A DNA stretch of 63,992 nucleotides, counting the filler, from Bonamia ostreae (taxonomy: Eukaryota), in NCBI GenBank assembly GCA_040357525.1. It is 9 parts of 9 records of this genome, joined end to end, with 100 filler letters (N's around TTAATTAATTAA, not from the genome) between each part and the next. Parts side by side here need not be neighbours in the genome. Positions count along the whole stretch, not along the records: positions 36,995 to 44,185 come from JBDODL010000091.1; positions 44,286 to 51,441 come from JBDODL010000092.1; 7 more parts are not named here. One strand, 5' to 3'. Under the pieces are notes generated by a model. That model had not been told where the DNA came from and searched no databases. It worked only from the letters and a program-made list of their open reading frames with translations. This document shows, in pieces, positions 38,448 through 49,619 of this stretch (the stretch's first letter is position 1; the number at the start of each line of letters is the position of its first letter). The translations under genes were made by a program, and so were the position numbers.

Positions 38448-38692
38448 TTAATATTCGTTTTCCGGTTTTTGAGTTGGTAGAAGCTTAAATCGTTTTTTGC
38501 ATTCGATTCGTTGTTTTGAATAGACATCGTCTGGGGAGAACTTTGCTATTTGGTCGTTTGGTGAAAACCTGGATGCGCGGAGATAGTGTTGATTTCTTTC
38601 CCGGAACAAGAGCAACTTTCCTTTAAGTAAAGATGGCAAATTTAAACTTTAAGAGTGTATTTTCCACAACAAACAGTACGCATCAACAGCAT
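38448..38692 (-). CDS. NOP10: H/ACA RNP subunit NOP10 (3 exons)
   Basis: Spliced product [64 protein letters not shown]; introns 38621-38647 and 38546-38568. Confidence 0.92.
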
Positions 38693-38782
38693 TTTGAATT
38701 TAGCCTTTATTCAACTTGTTGTTTAATGATTTGGGATATAGTAAAGTTGACTAAAAAATCGTGATCTTTAACATTTTCAGAA

Positions 38783-39941
38783 ATGGTCGAAATCTTCAAA
38801 CAGTCCGAATTAAAGATCATTGACGATTTTCTTAAAAAGTTTTAAAACGGAAAACAATATTTTAGCGATATCACAAACGAACTTTTGAACGAGAAATATA
38901 GCGGGAAATCTCAGTTGTCAGCATACGAACCCAAAAAGTTTAATGCTTTATTTTAGGAAAAAACGTAAATTCGCCTGTAGAACGGAATACCGCACTTATA
39001 CGCCAGAACCGAAAATTTTGCCGAAAATGCTTTCTATTCCAGTCGAAAACACTTTTATGGCTGAATTTTCAGGCACCTCGATTGAACTTCTGAATCCGCT
39101 GAAAATGCCAGATATTAAACTCGGCTCGACACAAACTGATCTGGGCACCGTTTTTAAACCGGCTCCCAGCAATCTCTCGGCCACGCTGACTAAAGAGCAA
39201 CGAGAAGTTTTGTACGGGCCCGAAAAAATTAAAATGACCGAAAAGGCAATTGCGGAAAAAAGTTCCAAACAGTCCAAAAAACTTCATCGTTTTACAATAT
39301 ACATACATCTAATCACTAAAAACGGTTCTACCGAACCATCAAAGCATTTAAAACTATAACGAAAACAGCTAATATCTTAAGCTACTTTACTCCTAATCTA
39401 TTTGCAACAAAAAGCCGAATCCTCAAATGATAACCTAAAAGCCATCGGCAACGTTGACGAATATGTTTCAAAGTGTTTAAAAAATCCAAACAACGATCGA
39501 AAAGCGAAAATAATCTGCTCCAAACCGATCTTTTTCAGAGAAGCTTTTGGCGAAAAAGAGTTTTCCTGATCAAAAACAAAAGAATAAAAAGAGTAATCTT
39601 CAACGACAACGTTGACAAAAATCACAAGTTCTCTCTTTTGCACAACAGAGACGACGACAATTTTGGTCTGTACGCCAAAGACGTTTTCCCGCTTATTCTT
39701 AGAAAAGCAACGACGGAAACTACGATTTGGTCAGCGAATACAAAAAAAGCAACGACGGCGCCGCGCCTCCGCCGGGCAGAAAAAATGTCCTTATTGTCGG
39801 AAAAAATTTTGCCGATTTTGTCATTATCGACAGCGATTTGCGGCTTAAAAGAAGACCGCCGACAACTGTTTCCAAAAACCAACTTTGAAAAAGTACGATT
39901 TTGAAGAAGACCAAAGACTCCCACCGCACTTAAAAATATAG
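38783..39941 (+). CDS. PAF1: Paf1-like Pol II elongation factor, multi-exon
   Basis: KFACRTEYRTYTPEPKILPKML..FSGTSIE resembles the Paf1 N-terminus; C-terminal IDSDLRLKRR. Confidence 0.55.
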
Positions 39942-39949
39942 TTACTCGT

Positions 39950-40639
39950 TTACTTGTACCCCAACTTGTCCAGTTTGTCCGCGTAATATCGTCTTGCGAC
40001 TTTTTCGCCGAGTCGCTTCATGTAATCTCCGATAAAATATGGCTTTTCGTTAAATTTCAGAGCGTACTCGATTCTAGTTCTGGCAAAAGTGACCCTGTCG
40101 CTGTCGAACTTGGATTCGAACTTCTCCATTCCGGGGATCTCCGCGGGAACTTCGACTCTGCGGATGTCCTGGCAAATGTAGGCGTAAACGCGGACGATCT
40201 TGTCGTCTGAAAAGTTTTCGATGGCGCATTTTATCGCTTTCGCGCAACGGATGTAATCTCTCTTTTTGTCGTCTTCTTCGAGCAAATTGGCGGGCAAGTC
40301 CAAGCCGTGTTTTTTAAACTCGTCTCGATAGGGCAGTTCCTTCGGGATTTCCTTCAGTTCGTCGAGTCGCATTTTGCTGATTTGCAGACTGTGTTGTTTC
40401 AAGTCGGAAAATTTGGCTTTGTTGATTTTTTTGATCGTGTCGAGTTCTTCTTTGTAGTAAAATTTGGGGGCGATTTTGTCGAGTCTTTGGATTAGTGTTT
40501 GGAATGCAAACTCTTCCTCTTCTTTGATGAGGTGCGTTTTTTCGACGTGTTCGAAGCGTTTTTGTCTGAACGCGCAGAAAGCGCTTCTAGTGACAATTTG
40601 TGTGTTTGTGCGTGTTAAGGATCTTTTTATTTTGAGCAT
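39950..40639 (-). CDS. Hypothetical protein with possible mitochondrial presequence
   Basis: 229-aa ORF; N-terminus rich in R/K/S/T and free of acidic residues. Confidence 0.65.
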   Translation of the reverse strand: MLKIKRSLTRTNTQIVTRSAFCAFRQKRFEHVEKTHLIKEEEEFAFQTLIQRLDKIAPKFYYKEELDTIKKINKAKFSDLKQHSLQISKMRLDELKEIPKELPYRDEFKKHGLDLPANLLEEDDKKRDYIRCAKAIKCAIENFSDDKIVRVYAYICQDIRRVEVPAEIPGMEKFESKFDSDRVTFARTRIEYALKFNEKPYFIGDYMKRLGEKVARRYYADKLDKLGYK

Positions 40640-40864
40640 TAAGCTGTAAGAAGTTTAGGATTTTGTGTTTATGTGGTTTCGCAAATTGAATGTTTTAGCA
40701 ATTCTGTTAATTTTGCTGTTGCAGGTCAACCTTTTTAATTATTTATTTGTAAGTCGATTTTTTTATAAATCTGATTGCTCATTTATTGAAAATTATTAAT
40801 TTTAAGCTTTATTTTTGATTTAGTAGAGCTTATAAATTTTAGATTTTTTGTATAACAAAAGAAA

Positions 40865-41632
40865 ATGATGCGGTTTTGCTATTTGTTGTCGCTCTTTGCT
40901 GTTTTGGCTTCAATGGCAGTTAACTCATGTAAATTTTGCCCTTTTCTCGACAATTGTTTTAGAGAATTTCCTTCTAAAACAAAACTGCACGTTTTTGGGC
41001 ATTATGTAGATTTTAACAATTTGAACGATTTCTTCGTATTTTTAACGTTTAGTTTCATTTTTTGTGGCATCCTTCTACTTAACAAACCGCGAAAGTTCAA
41101 AATAGACATGGCCCTGGCGATAATTATTTGCTACTGTTTCTATCTCGGAAACCACTTAATGGTTTTTCTTCTCAAATTTCTGTTTGGCGATTCTAATTGC
41201 AACACAAAACCAAATAGCGTTTCTGGCCATTTCAACTTCTACGTTTATTTCTTGCTCTCCCTTCGACACATTTTCACTGCTTTCAAAGTTTTTTCAGTTC
41301 AAAACAGAAATCTCAAGTTGAAGAAAAATTTTTCTTTCTGGAAACTAGTTATGTCTTCTTCGCATTGTTGTCATTTTTGAACCTCTCNNNNNNNNNNTAT
41401 GAATAAAGGCTCTTTGTCACATGTCTTTTACTGTTCAGTCTTGTTTCCAATGGTCTTGCAAAGAAAGGGCAAGAAAACAGCTCTAAAGATAGCGTTGGTT
41501 TTCCAAGCGACGTTTGCTCTGCTTTTAATCTTATTCAAAATACACAATGTTTTGTTCGAAAAAGGGCATCTCTTTGTCGGCAGTTATCTGTTATATTTTT
41601 TGATAATAAATATCCGTTATCATTTTGATTAA
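40865..41632 (+). CDS. Polytopic membrane protein, possibly PAP2/FIT-like
   Basis: Several TM segments; SVSGH motif; internal N gap. Confidence 0.45.
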
Positions 41633-42169
41633 AATTTTTGCAAATTTTCTCGAGCCACTTTTCGGGGTCGTTGCGACTTTTCGCAACTTATTGCGATTGC
41701 CACGATTATTCGCAAATGTTATATCATAAAAATCACTTTGATTGCCAAATCATTCGTTAACGATCTAAAAAGATTACAGAAAGTACAAATTCCAAGTTTC
41801 AGCGAAATGAAATTACATTGTAACAACACTACAGTAAATTTTAAAAGTAATGTCGATAAACATAAAAACACAAAAACATTTAAATCTGAAACTAACAAAC
41901 CAAATATCGAAAAATAAAGCAAAAAAACATGAAAAATAACAAACCGCTTTTGATGCTACAAAATAAAGCAAAACCAAATAAAAATTACTCTAATTTACGC
42001 AAAATAAAACAAAAGTCAAGACAAACCAAAATAAAACAAACCACTTCAGAATATTTACGCAAACGAATAAAAATAGAACAAACCTCTTTTTAAGCAAAAA
42101 TACGATAAAAACAAATTAACAAAAATTCAACTTAAATTGCGCCAATAATTTATCAGTTTCTGTTATTCA

Positions 42170-43233
42170 ATGTCTCTGACTGATAGAAGCAACGAAGTAA
42201 ATTATTTTTTCGAGAAAAATAAAATCATTCGCACGGAAAAAACTAAAATCGCAGTGCGCCAGTCGGTGTTCAAATTCCTTTTGCAAGGAGTTGTCTTAAA
42301 AGTGCCCAGAAAGATATTGCCCAATAAAAGGTACGTTTTCTGCTTGAGACGAGTGGACAGAAACGTTTATTTTGTAATTTTTTCTTATTGTAAAGCAAGC
42401 AGCAATTTATTTTTATCCGGAAGGCGCGTGGAACAAAATAAATAAAATTCCTTTGACAGATATTGTCGCTGTTGAAGGATATGAAACCAGAAAATGGGAA
42501 AAAAATCGACTCTGTTTCAAAATCATGACTCCTGATGACAAGTACAAGTTTATCTGTTCATCTCAAAAAGGTTTTTGTACAAACACAACATTAAATTTGA
42601 TTGTTACAAACACAACATTCAATTTTGTACTATTTTTGTTCTCCAAATCGACTAGAAAAAATTTTAATTGTAAATTTTAAGAAAAGGGAATGTTGACTGC
42701 AGCAATTCGATTTTTAATCTGCGAAAAAATCGTAAGGAGATCGTCTGTTAACCGAATCCCGAAACACAAACTGGTTCTAAAAATGACATTTCAATAATTT
42801 TTAACTCTTTGCATCCATTCCTTATAATTATTGCCACAAACGATTTGTTTATAGATACGACCAAACGAAATACACATTAAAGACATACTTCACCACATCA
42901 TTGGATTCTCGCCATATTCGTTTACAAAAACAAATTTGAAGATCCCTAAAACAGTACAGAGGATTGAACGAAAAAACAGCATCAAAAGCAAAATCTGAAA
43001 ACGATGAAAAATCAATCGACAAAATGGTCAAAAACATAGATTCCAAAATAATCCAATTAGATTTATTGGAAGAAATAAAACAGGCCATCAAAGAGAGACA
43101 GCATTCACAAGAAAAATCAAAGGAAAGCACTAAAAATTCTGCAAGCGACGAAAGCAGAATCGAAATTATTGATGAAAGGATTGAAGAAAAAAGCGGTCCC
43201 TGGAAAAAAATAAGAAAATTGTTCAAAAAATGA
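42170..43233 (+). CDS. PH-domain-containing protein, multi-exon
   Basis: GVVLKVPRK..KRYVFCL; IPLTDIVAVE..LCFKIMTPDDKYKFICSS. Confidence 0.55.
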
Positions 43234-43407
43234 TCTTTAAAACTAAATGTACAAAAATTTTTCTTCATTTTTAAACATTTTTTCAATGCAAAAATTAAAT
43301 AAAACATCTTTGTTTAAAAAATAAAACGTCTTTTTAATCATTTGTTCCTTTTTTCGCTTTTAAAGCGACAAATCTTAAATTATACAACAAACCAATATTA
43401 AACTAAA

Positions 43408-43962
43408 ATGACCACAAAAATGAAAAACATGGTCAAATCAACGAAAAACATTTCTATAACAGTTAATAAACCAGTTAAACTCAAAATCGGCAAAACTCGT
43501 TTTGTAATGGCGGGAACCAAAAAAACAAAATCAAAATACGCATCAGTTAATGATTTTGACCATTTGGTAGACAAACCTGTTCAGATAATGAACTACATTA
43601 AATCCACGCCATCTACCAGTACCAAAACCATTTTGCAGCCGTTTTCGTCGGTTTCATAACAATTTTTATCGATCTAAACCGAAAACACGAACATTTTTAA
43701 GGTGGGCGAAAAATATGAAAAAGAACTAAAAATCGCCCAAAAACCGCTCATGTCGACGTTGATTTTGATGTCCACTGATTCCTTCGATTACTTTAACCGA
43801 AAAAGAGAAAAGATGGCAGATTACAAATTGATATCAGATTACTCCATTTCGATGACGATTATTCTATTGTGCGTTTACAGCGCTTACAGCATGTTCTTCC
43901 AATATCGAGAGAAATTGGAAAATAAGGCGGCGTTGGGCGAAATCGAAGAAGAAATTTTGTAA
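43408..43962 (+). CDS. Hypothetical membrane protein (2 exons)
   Basis: Two ORFs separated by a GT...AAG segment; TM near the C-terminus. Confidence 0.5.
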
Positions 43963-44185
43963 TTTTTTATTTTGAAATTGAATGTCAAAAAAAGTTTTTG
44001 AATTGTTTATTTTGTTGGGACCAATGTCTTCAATGTTATCGCTTGAGATTTTATTAAAGATAACCATGAATTTGTTCTATTTGGTTCTTAAGAACGTCGC
44101 GCACTTTTCTGTGGCGATCAATTAACTTTAATCCAGTAAAATCGGGAGAGACTATTTTTATAAAAAACTTTTCCCCTTTTTGTTT

Positions 44186-44285
44186 NNNNNNNNNNNNNNN
44201 NNNNNNNNNNNNNNNNNNNNNNNNNNNNNTTAATTAATTAANNNNNNNNNNNNNNNNNNNNNNNNNNNNNNNNNNNNNNNNNNNN
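44186..44285. other. Artificial contig-joining spacer
   Basis: Same linker. Confidence 0.98.
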
Positions 44286-44333
44286 CAAGAATTTGCTCAA
44301 ATTTATATTTTTACAAAAAATTGGTAACAATAT

Positions 44334-45206
44334 TTACTCTCCAAAATTAGATTTTGTGTTTGAAAACTTTTGTAATACTTCCAATACAAAATGCATGTCG
44401 ACATATTTTATGTTTGTTGCCCACGTCATCTGACAGTTCATTAATAACCACGGCGGAAAATTACTCAAAGTTCTGTCCATGTTGACATTAATCAAAATAT
44501 CAAGTTCTTTCAAACCGGGGAAAAGTTCTATTTTTGCAAAAATTATAATTTTACATTTCAAAAAACTGATTAATTTTGACAAATAGAAATTAAAAAACTC
44601 AAAATTTGCTTTCTAAAATAACTTTTGTGCTTCAAAGAATCATAATCACTCAAATTTAATCCTTCCTTTTCACTGCACACATTTCTAATAGCTAATGTTA
44701 CGGCATTATCACTTTCACTTTTCGACAACAAAAAAATTTCCATTTCATTTAATCGCAAAAAACGCTTTCCAATTTTTAAGCAAAATGTTTTATTTTCATA
44801 ACTTTCCTCTTTAATGTCTTCCAGAAAAATTTCCAAAAAACGGCCAAAATTTTTCATAATTTCATTCGAGTTAATTTTCTCAGAATTGTCATTGCAAAAT
44901 AAAGTTAAATGCGCCAGACCAGTTTTTTGCAAAATCAAAATCGATTTGGCCAAATTATCAAAATCGCCCACAAAATCTTCCTTCTTCTGAAATGATATGG
45001 CGATATGTGTGGGCGATTTTTTAAACGCAGACACTTTGTTTTTAAATTCCGCTTCATTCATTGGAAAGAGATAATTGATTTTGATCGAACGCCATATTTT
45101 TGTAATGGTTTCACAGAACTTCAAAATGGCAAAAAATTACCCGATTTGCAATTTTGAGAATTGCAATGACTTGGTATAAAATGGCGGCGATCGCCGCGGC
45201 TATCAT
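44334..45206 (-). CDS. NUS1: cis-prenyltransferase partner subunit NgBR/Nus1
   Basis: N-terminal hydrophobic helix; KKSPTHIAI; ELDILI..TLSNFPPWLL..C; ends KSNFGE*. Confidence 0.8.
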
Positions 45207-45825
45207 TTTTTGTACTTTATCGATATTTTTAAGATTGAACTCGCTTTTCTGGTTTGCGGCGCTTTTCTATATTTCCGCAATTTTTAGATTTAGCCGAATT
45301 ATCAAAATTTAAAAATTATTTGTTTGCAAAAAAATGTAAATTTATCATTGTCGATTTTNNNNNNNNNNNNNNNNNNNNNNNNNNNNNNNNNNNNNNNNNN
45401 NNNNNNNNNNNNNNNNNNNNNNNNNNNNNNNNNNNNNNNNNNNNNNNNNNNNNNNNNNAAAATTTAAAAATTATTTGTTTGCAAAAAAATGTAAATTTAT
45501 CATTGTCGATTTTTATCGTTTTGCAAAAAAATCTAAATGTGCCAAATTGGTAAAAGTATTTTCACAAAACTTCAAACTGGCTCAAATTTGCAAATTGCTT
45601 TTTTTGTTACATTGTCAAATCATTTTTTATCAAATTACTTTTGAATATTAAATATTTTAAAAACATTTTTAAATAACCCTTCAAAAAATTATCGTAGATG
45701 AAACATTTTTATGATTTTAACATTTTTAAAAAAAAAACATCGTAGATGAAGCGGAGAATTTTGAATTTAATTAAAAATCGTTACGAGAAAAAACTGCGAT
45801 ATAAGTTTAAGCACAATTAGTCAAA

Positions 45826-47010
45826 ATGAATTTATCAGAAATAACATTGACATATTTCTTCGCCACAAACTCTTTCAAATCTCTCTCCCTTTTTAGCAAA
45901 ATGTTAGTTGTAACTATAATTGCTTTCATTGCTATCTCTGCGACGTCAGTTTGCAGATACACGAAAAAAACAAAAAATAAATTACCACTGTCTGTGAAAA
46001 CGAAAAATCAGTCAAAAATGGATAAAATTTTTGAAAATTATCTTCGAAAAATTAATGTTTTTTGTGATTGGTCCAAAATTTTTCAGAAAACTGTCAAAAT
46101 GCGTTTGGAGCAAATTAAAAACCTTTTCGCAAAAAATGCGATAACTTTTACACCGAAAAACAAAATCGAAAACGAACCTTCAAAAAGTTTCTTCAACAAA
46201 AAATTGATCAACAAAGACCAAACAGTAATTCTCAGCAACTATCCTGAATGGTGGAGCACTTCAAAATTGGAAAAAATCTTTTTAAAATTCGGAAAAGTTA
46301 AAAATCTCAAGATTATTTTTCCTATTCGAGGAAAGAGATTCTGTAAAACTACTTTTTACACTCGCAAAGAAGCCAAAAACGCGGTTGATATTTTGAATTC
46401 AACTATCTTTTCTTACAAAATTGTTAGCGCCGCCTTAAAAAGCGACTTGGAACTTGTCAAATCAGAGGAATCGAAAAATGAAAGAAGTTTTGGTGATTTT
46501 GGCACACCTTCTAATTATAGACTTTTGAGTTTAAATTTTCAGAAACAACTAAAATCGACCGAAAAATATTTTCAGAATTTGAACATGGGTAGGATAAAAA
46601 CAGATTCTAATGATATCGAAGATTCCAGCAGTTCTGAGAACACTTCTACCGATTCATCTTCTGAAGAAAGGGTGTTCTTCAGAAAAACAGGGAACAGTTT
46701 TTTAAGAAAAGGGGATTACCGAGTTTTGAGAATGGGCTCTGATTCGCGCCAACCGCCGCGCAAAGTGTGTATATATTTCCAAAAAGGGATTTGTAGAAAG
46801 CTCACCGATTGCACTTTTATGCACTTCTGGCCTGAAGACATTTGCCAGAGATTCATCAGAGGGGATTGTGACATTAAAGACTGTAATTTGGTGCATGTCG
46901 ATTCTGAAAACAGAATCTATGTCCCTTCAAATGGGCAAATTAGGAACGAACGAAGATTTAATGAAAAACGTGTTGATGAAATAGTGAAGGAGGATAAAAG
47001 GGAATATTAA
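45826..47010 (+). CDS. RRM + tandem CCCH zinc-finger protein with N-terminal hydrophobic segment
   Basis: RRM (VILSNYP..IFLKFGKV..RFCKTTF); C-x7-C-x5-C-x3-H and C-x7-C-x4-C-x3-H fingers. Confidence 0.8.
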   Translation: MNLSEITLTYFFATNSFKSLSLFSKMLVVTIIAFIAISATSVCRYTKKTKNKLPLSVKTKNQSKMDKIFENYLRKINVFCDWSKIFQKTVKMRLEQIKNLFAKNAITFTPKNKIENEPSKSFFNKKLINKDQTVILSNYPEWWSTSKLEKIFLKFGKVKNLKIIFPIRGKRFCKTTFYTRKEAKNAVDILNSTIFSYKIVSAALKSDLELVKSEESKNERSFGDFGTPSNYRLLSLNFQKQLKSTEKYFQNLNMGRIKTDSNDIEDSSSSENTSTDSSSEERVFFRKTGNSFLRKGDYRVLRMGSDSRQPPRKVCIYFQKGICRKLTDCTFMHFWPEDICQRFIRGDCDIKDCNLVHVDSENRIYVPSNGQIRNERRFNEKRVDEIVKEDKREY

Positions 47011-47202
47011 ATTTGTTTTTACGCCAAAAAAAACTGTTTTACAAAAATTGTCATTTTGTCTTTTCTAAAATTGCATGATGTACACCGTTGACTAAAAATA
47101 GCAAAATTTTGAATATTTAATCTGCATTAGTTAAAAAAAATAATTTTTTCGTTAAAAAATTGAACTGGTTTAGATTCGATTTTAATATAAACGAATATCG
47201 AA

Positions 47203-48470
47203 ATGTCAGGATTAATCTTCTGTTTTACGCTAATATCTGTCCATTCAATCAACGAAGAAAATATTTCAGAGGTAATATTAAATTTTATTGGTGAAGGTGC
47301 ACGTTCATTACCCCATAAACTCAAAGTTTTATATTTGAATTACAGCGCCGATTCTAAAAATTTTGAATACGGAGGATCTACAGTTGCAACAAATCATTTT
47401 ATCAGACTGACCCCGTCCGTTAGCAATAGATTTGGCTGGATTAAATCGACGAAAGCCGTTGAAAGCACTATTTTTAGAATGGATGTTGCCCTCAGGTTTA
47501 CAGGAGGCAACAGATACACAAATGGCGATGGAATCGCGATCCATTTTTTTGACCAACCCGATGACACCGACTTCTTCGTCTCTCAATATTCTGCTGAAAG
47601 TTTTTACGGCGTAAATCCGTCGCAAAGAGGGTTTTCGGTGGTTATAAAAACTAACGAAGATGGAAAAGTAAAAATCTTTATAAGTGACAATATGAAAGCC
47701 AAAGATCGAAACGTTTAGTACAAAATATAAACAGATTGACGATATTTTTGAGAACAACGCGGGAGGTTCTTTTGTAACAGGTACGTGTCTTCTAAATTCT
47801 TTTGGCGATGAAAAAAACACAATCGTGATTAACTTTTTCAAAGAAGATGTATATATCTATTTTGAAACCGATAAACTAGAATTTTGTGCAGCAGCAAAGC
47901 TTTCCAAAACGTTTGAGAATTTCCCCCGTTTTGGAATAGGAGCAATGACATCAGAACAATTCAATAATCATGATATTTTCTCAGTATTTGTTAAAACTAG
48001 CAGATCGAAAAATAGCAATAAAAGTATCGATTCATTTTTAAAAGCTGGAGAAAAATCATTTTCCGAATCTTTTAGATTACTGAAAAAGTGCTTATTTTTT
48101 TATTGTAATCAGTTTTTGTAATATTGTAAAAAAAGTCGGATAAAGAGAATGTTTTGGTTTGCTGCTGTGATTTCCGGAATGTTGTTGTTTCTGGAGACGG
48201 TTTGGGAATTGTCTCTTTTGCAACACGTCGTCAACGACAAAGTTTTGTAAAAACGTTTTAGCTCGTTCCAAAAGAAACTTTGAATCTAATCAATCTGGCG
48301 GTCCCTTACACCAATTACGTGATGATCGGTCTCTTCGTCTACACTTTGTTGTCGTTCAGAATTTTGATGGCGATCTTTTTGGCGCCGATTTTCGCGTTCA
48401 AAGTTTATCGACTTGTTTTTTGCAAAAAAGTAATTTCTGAAGACGAACAAAAAGAACGTATTGAAATCTG
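47203..48470 (+). CDS. L-type (legume-like) lectin, ERGIC-53/VIP36-like, copy 1
   Basis: FEYGGSTV..IRLTPS..GW, GDGIAI, FGIGAMT..NNHDI; C-terminal hydrophobic segments. Confidence 0.8.
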
Positions 48471-49619
48471 ACGAATTTGATTATACAAAAAATTTTAATG
48501 GTTATTCGATAATGCTGTGTGCGTCTGTTGTTGCATATGTTTTTTATACTTTTCTCGCGGTTGGAGAACTCGTTTCGTTCTAAATAAATGGAAATCTTGA
48601 AGTCTATTACTTTTTTAATAAATTTTTATTCATTTTTAAAACTATTCAGATTTTTATTGAAACAGATATTACTTAAAAACTTTTTCGAATTATGAAGTAC
48701 ATTGAAAATTATGTAACAATCATTTCCATTTTTGAAAATTTTCGTTCAATATGTAAATTCTTTCTAATGTTAGTTTCATTTGCGAAACAAAACCGATTGT
48801 TTTGCAGTAATGCAAAAGCTGCAATTTAATTTGCAGAAAACAATGAAAAACATTTAATTTGGCTTTGAAGTATTCAAAATAAAAAACAGTAAACAAAAAA
48901 GCCAATTTGTAACAAGATTGTTCTCAAAAGATTTTGTTACTCGCAATTTTTTGTGCATAGAACGAAAACAAAATATTCGAAAAAACATAGAAAACAAGTT
49001 TCAAGTCATTTACGTTTACTTTCCATATTGTTTCTATATTGAAACATAATTTAAGTTTAGATTTTCATTTAAAAACAAATACAACAAAGTAAAAAAATTT
49101 AGTTTCAATAAAGAATATTAAATGATAGACTAAAAAAGTTTGAACAAAACTAATGATTACCAATTGTCAAAATGTTTTTAGATTGGTAAAATTATTTAAC
49201 ATATTATTTACATTGGTCCCAAAGATAAAATTTACAGTAAAAAATGCGAAAATTGAATGCAAGATAATCCTTATTAGGCCTAAAAAGTCGAATCATAATT
49301 CTTGTTAGAAAAAATATTCAAACAGACAAAAATAAAACTTTAAAATTTAACAGACAAAATGTTTGAGAAAATCGTTTAGAAGACATATAAAAAATAGATC
49401 CATAAATTTTTCAAAATATTTGAATTTACAACATCACTAAAAAATCTGCTCGAGCAAAGATGAACCCGACGATTTTTAATATTTCGAAATTAAGTCGAAA
49501 CACTAATTACAAAAAATAGATTTAGCTCGACAAAACTTTTCTAAAACAGCAAATCGCTATTTTAACTAATCTCCCATTTTAAAAGATAAAAATATATTTC
49601 TAATTTATCGATAATCGAG

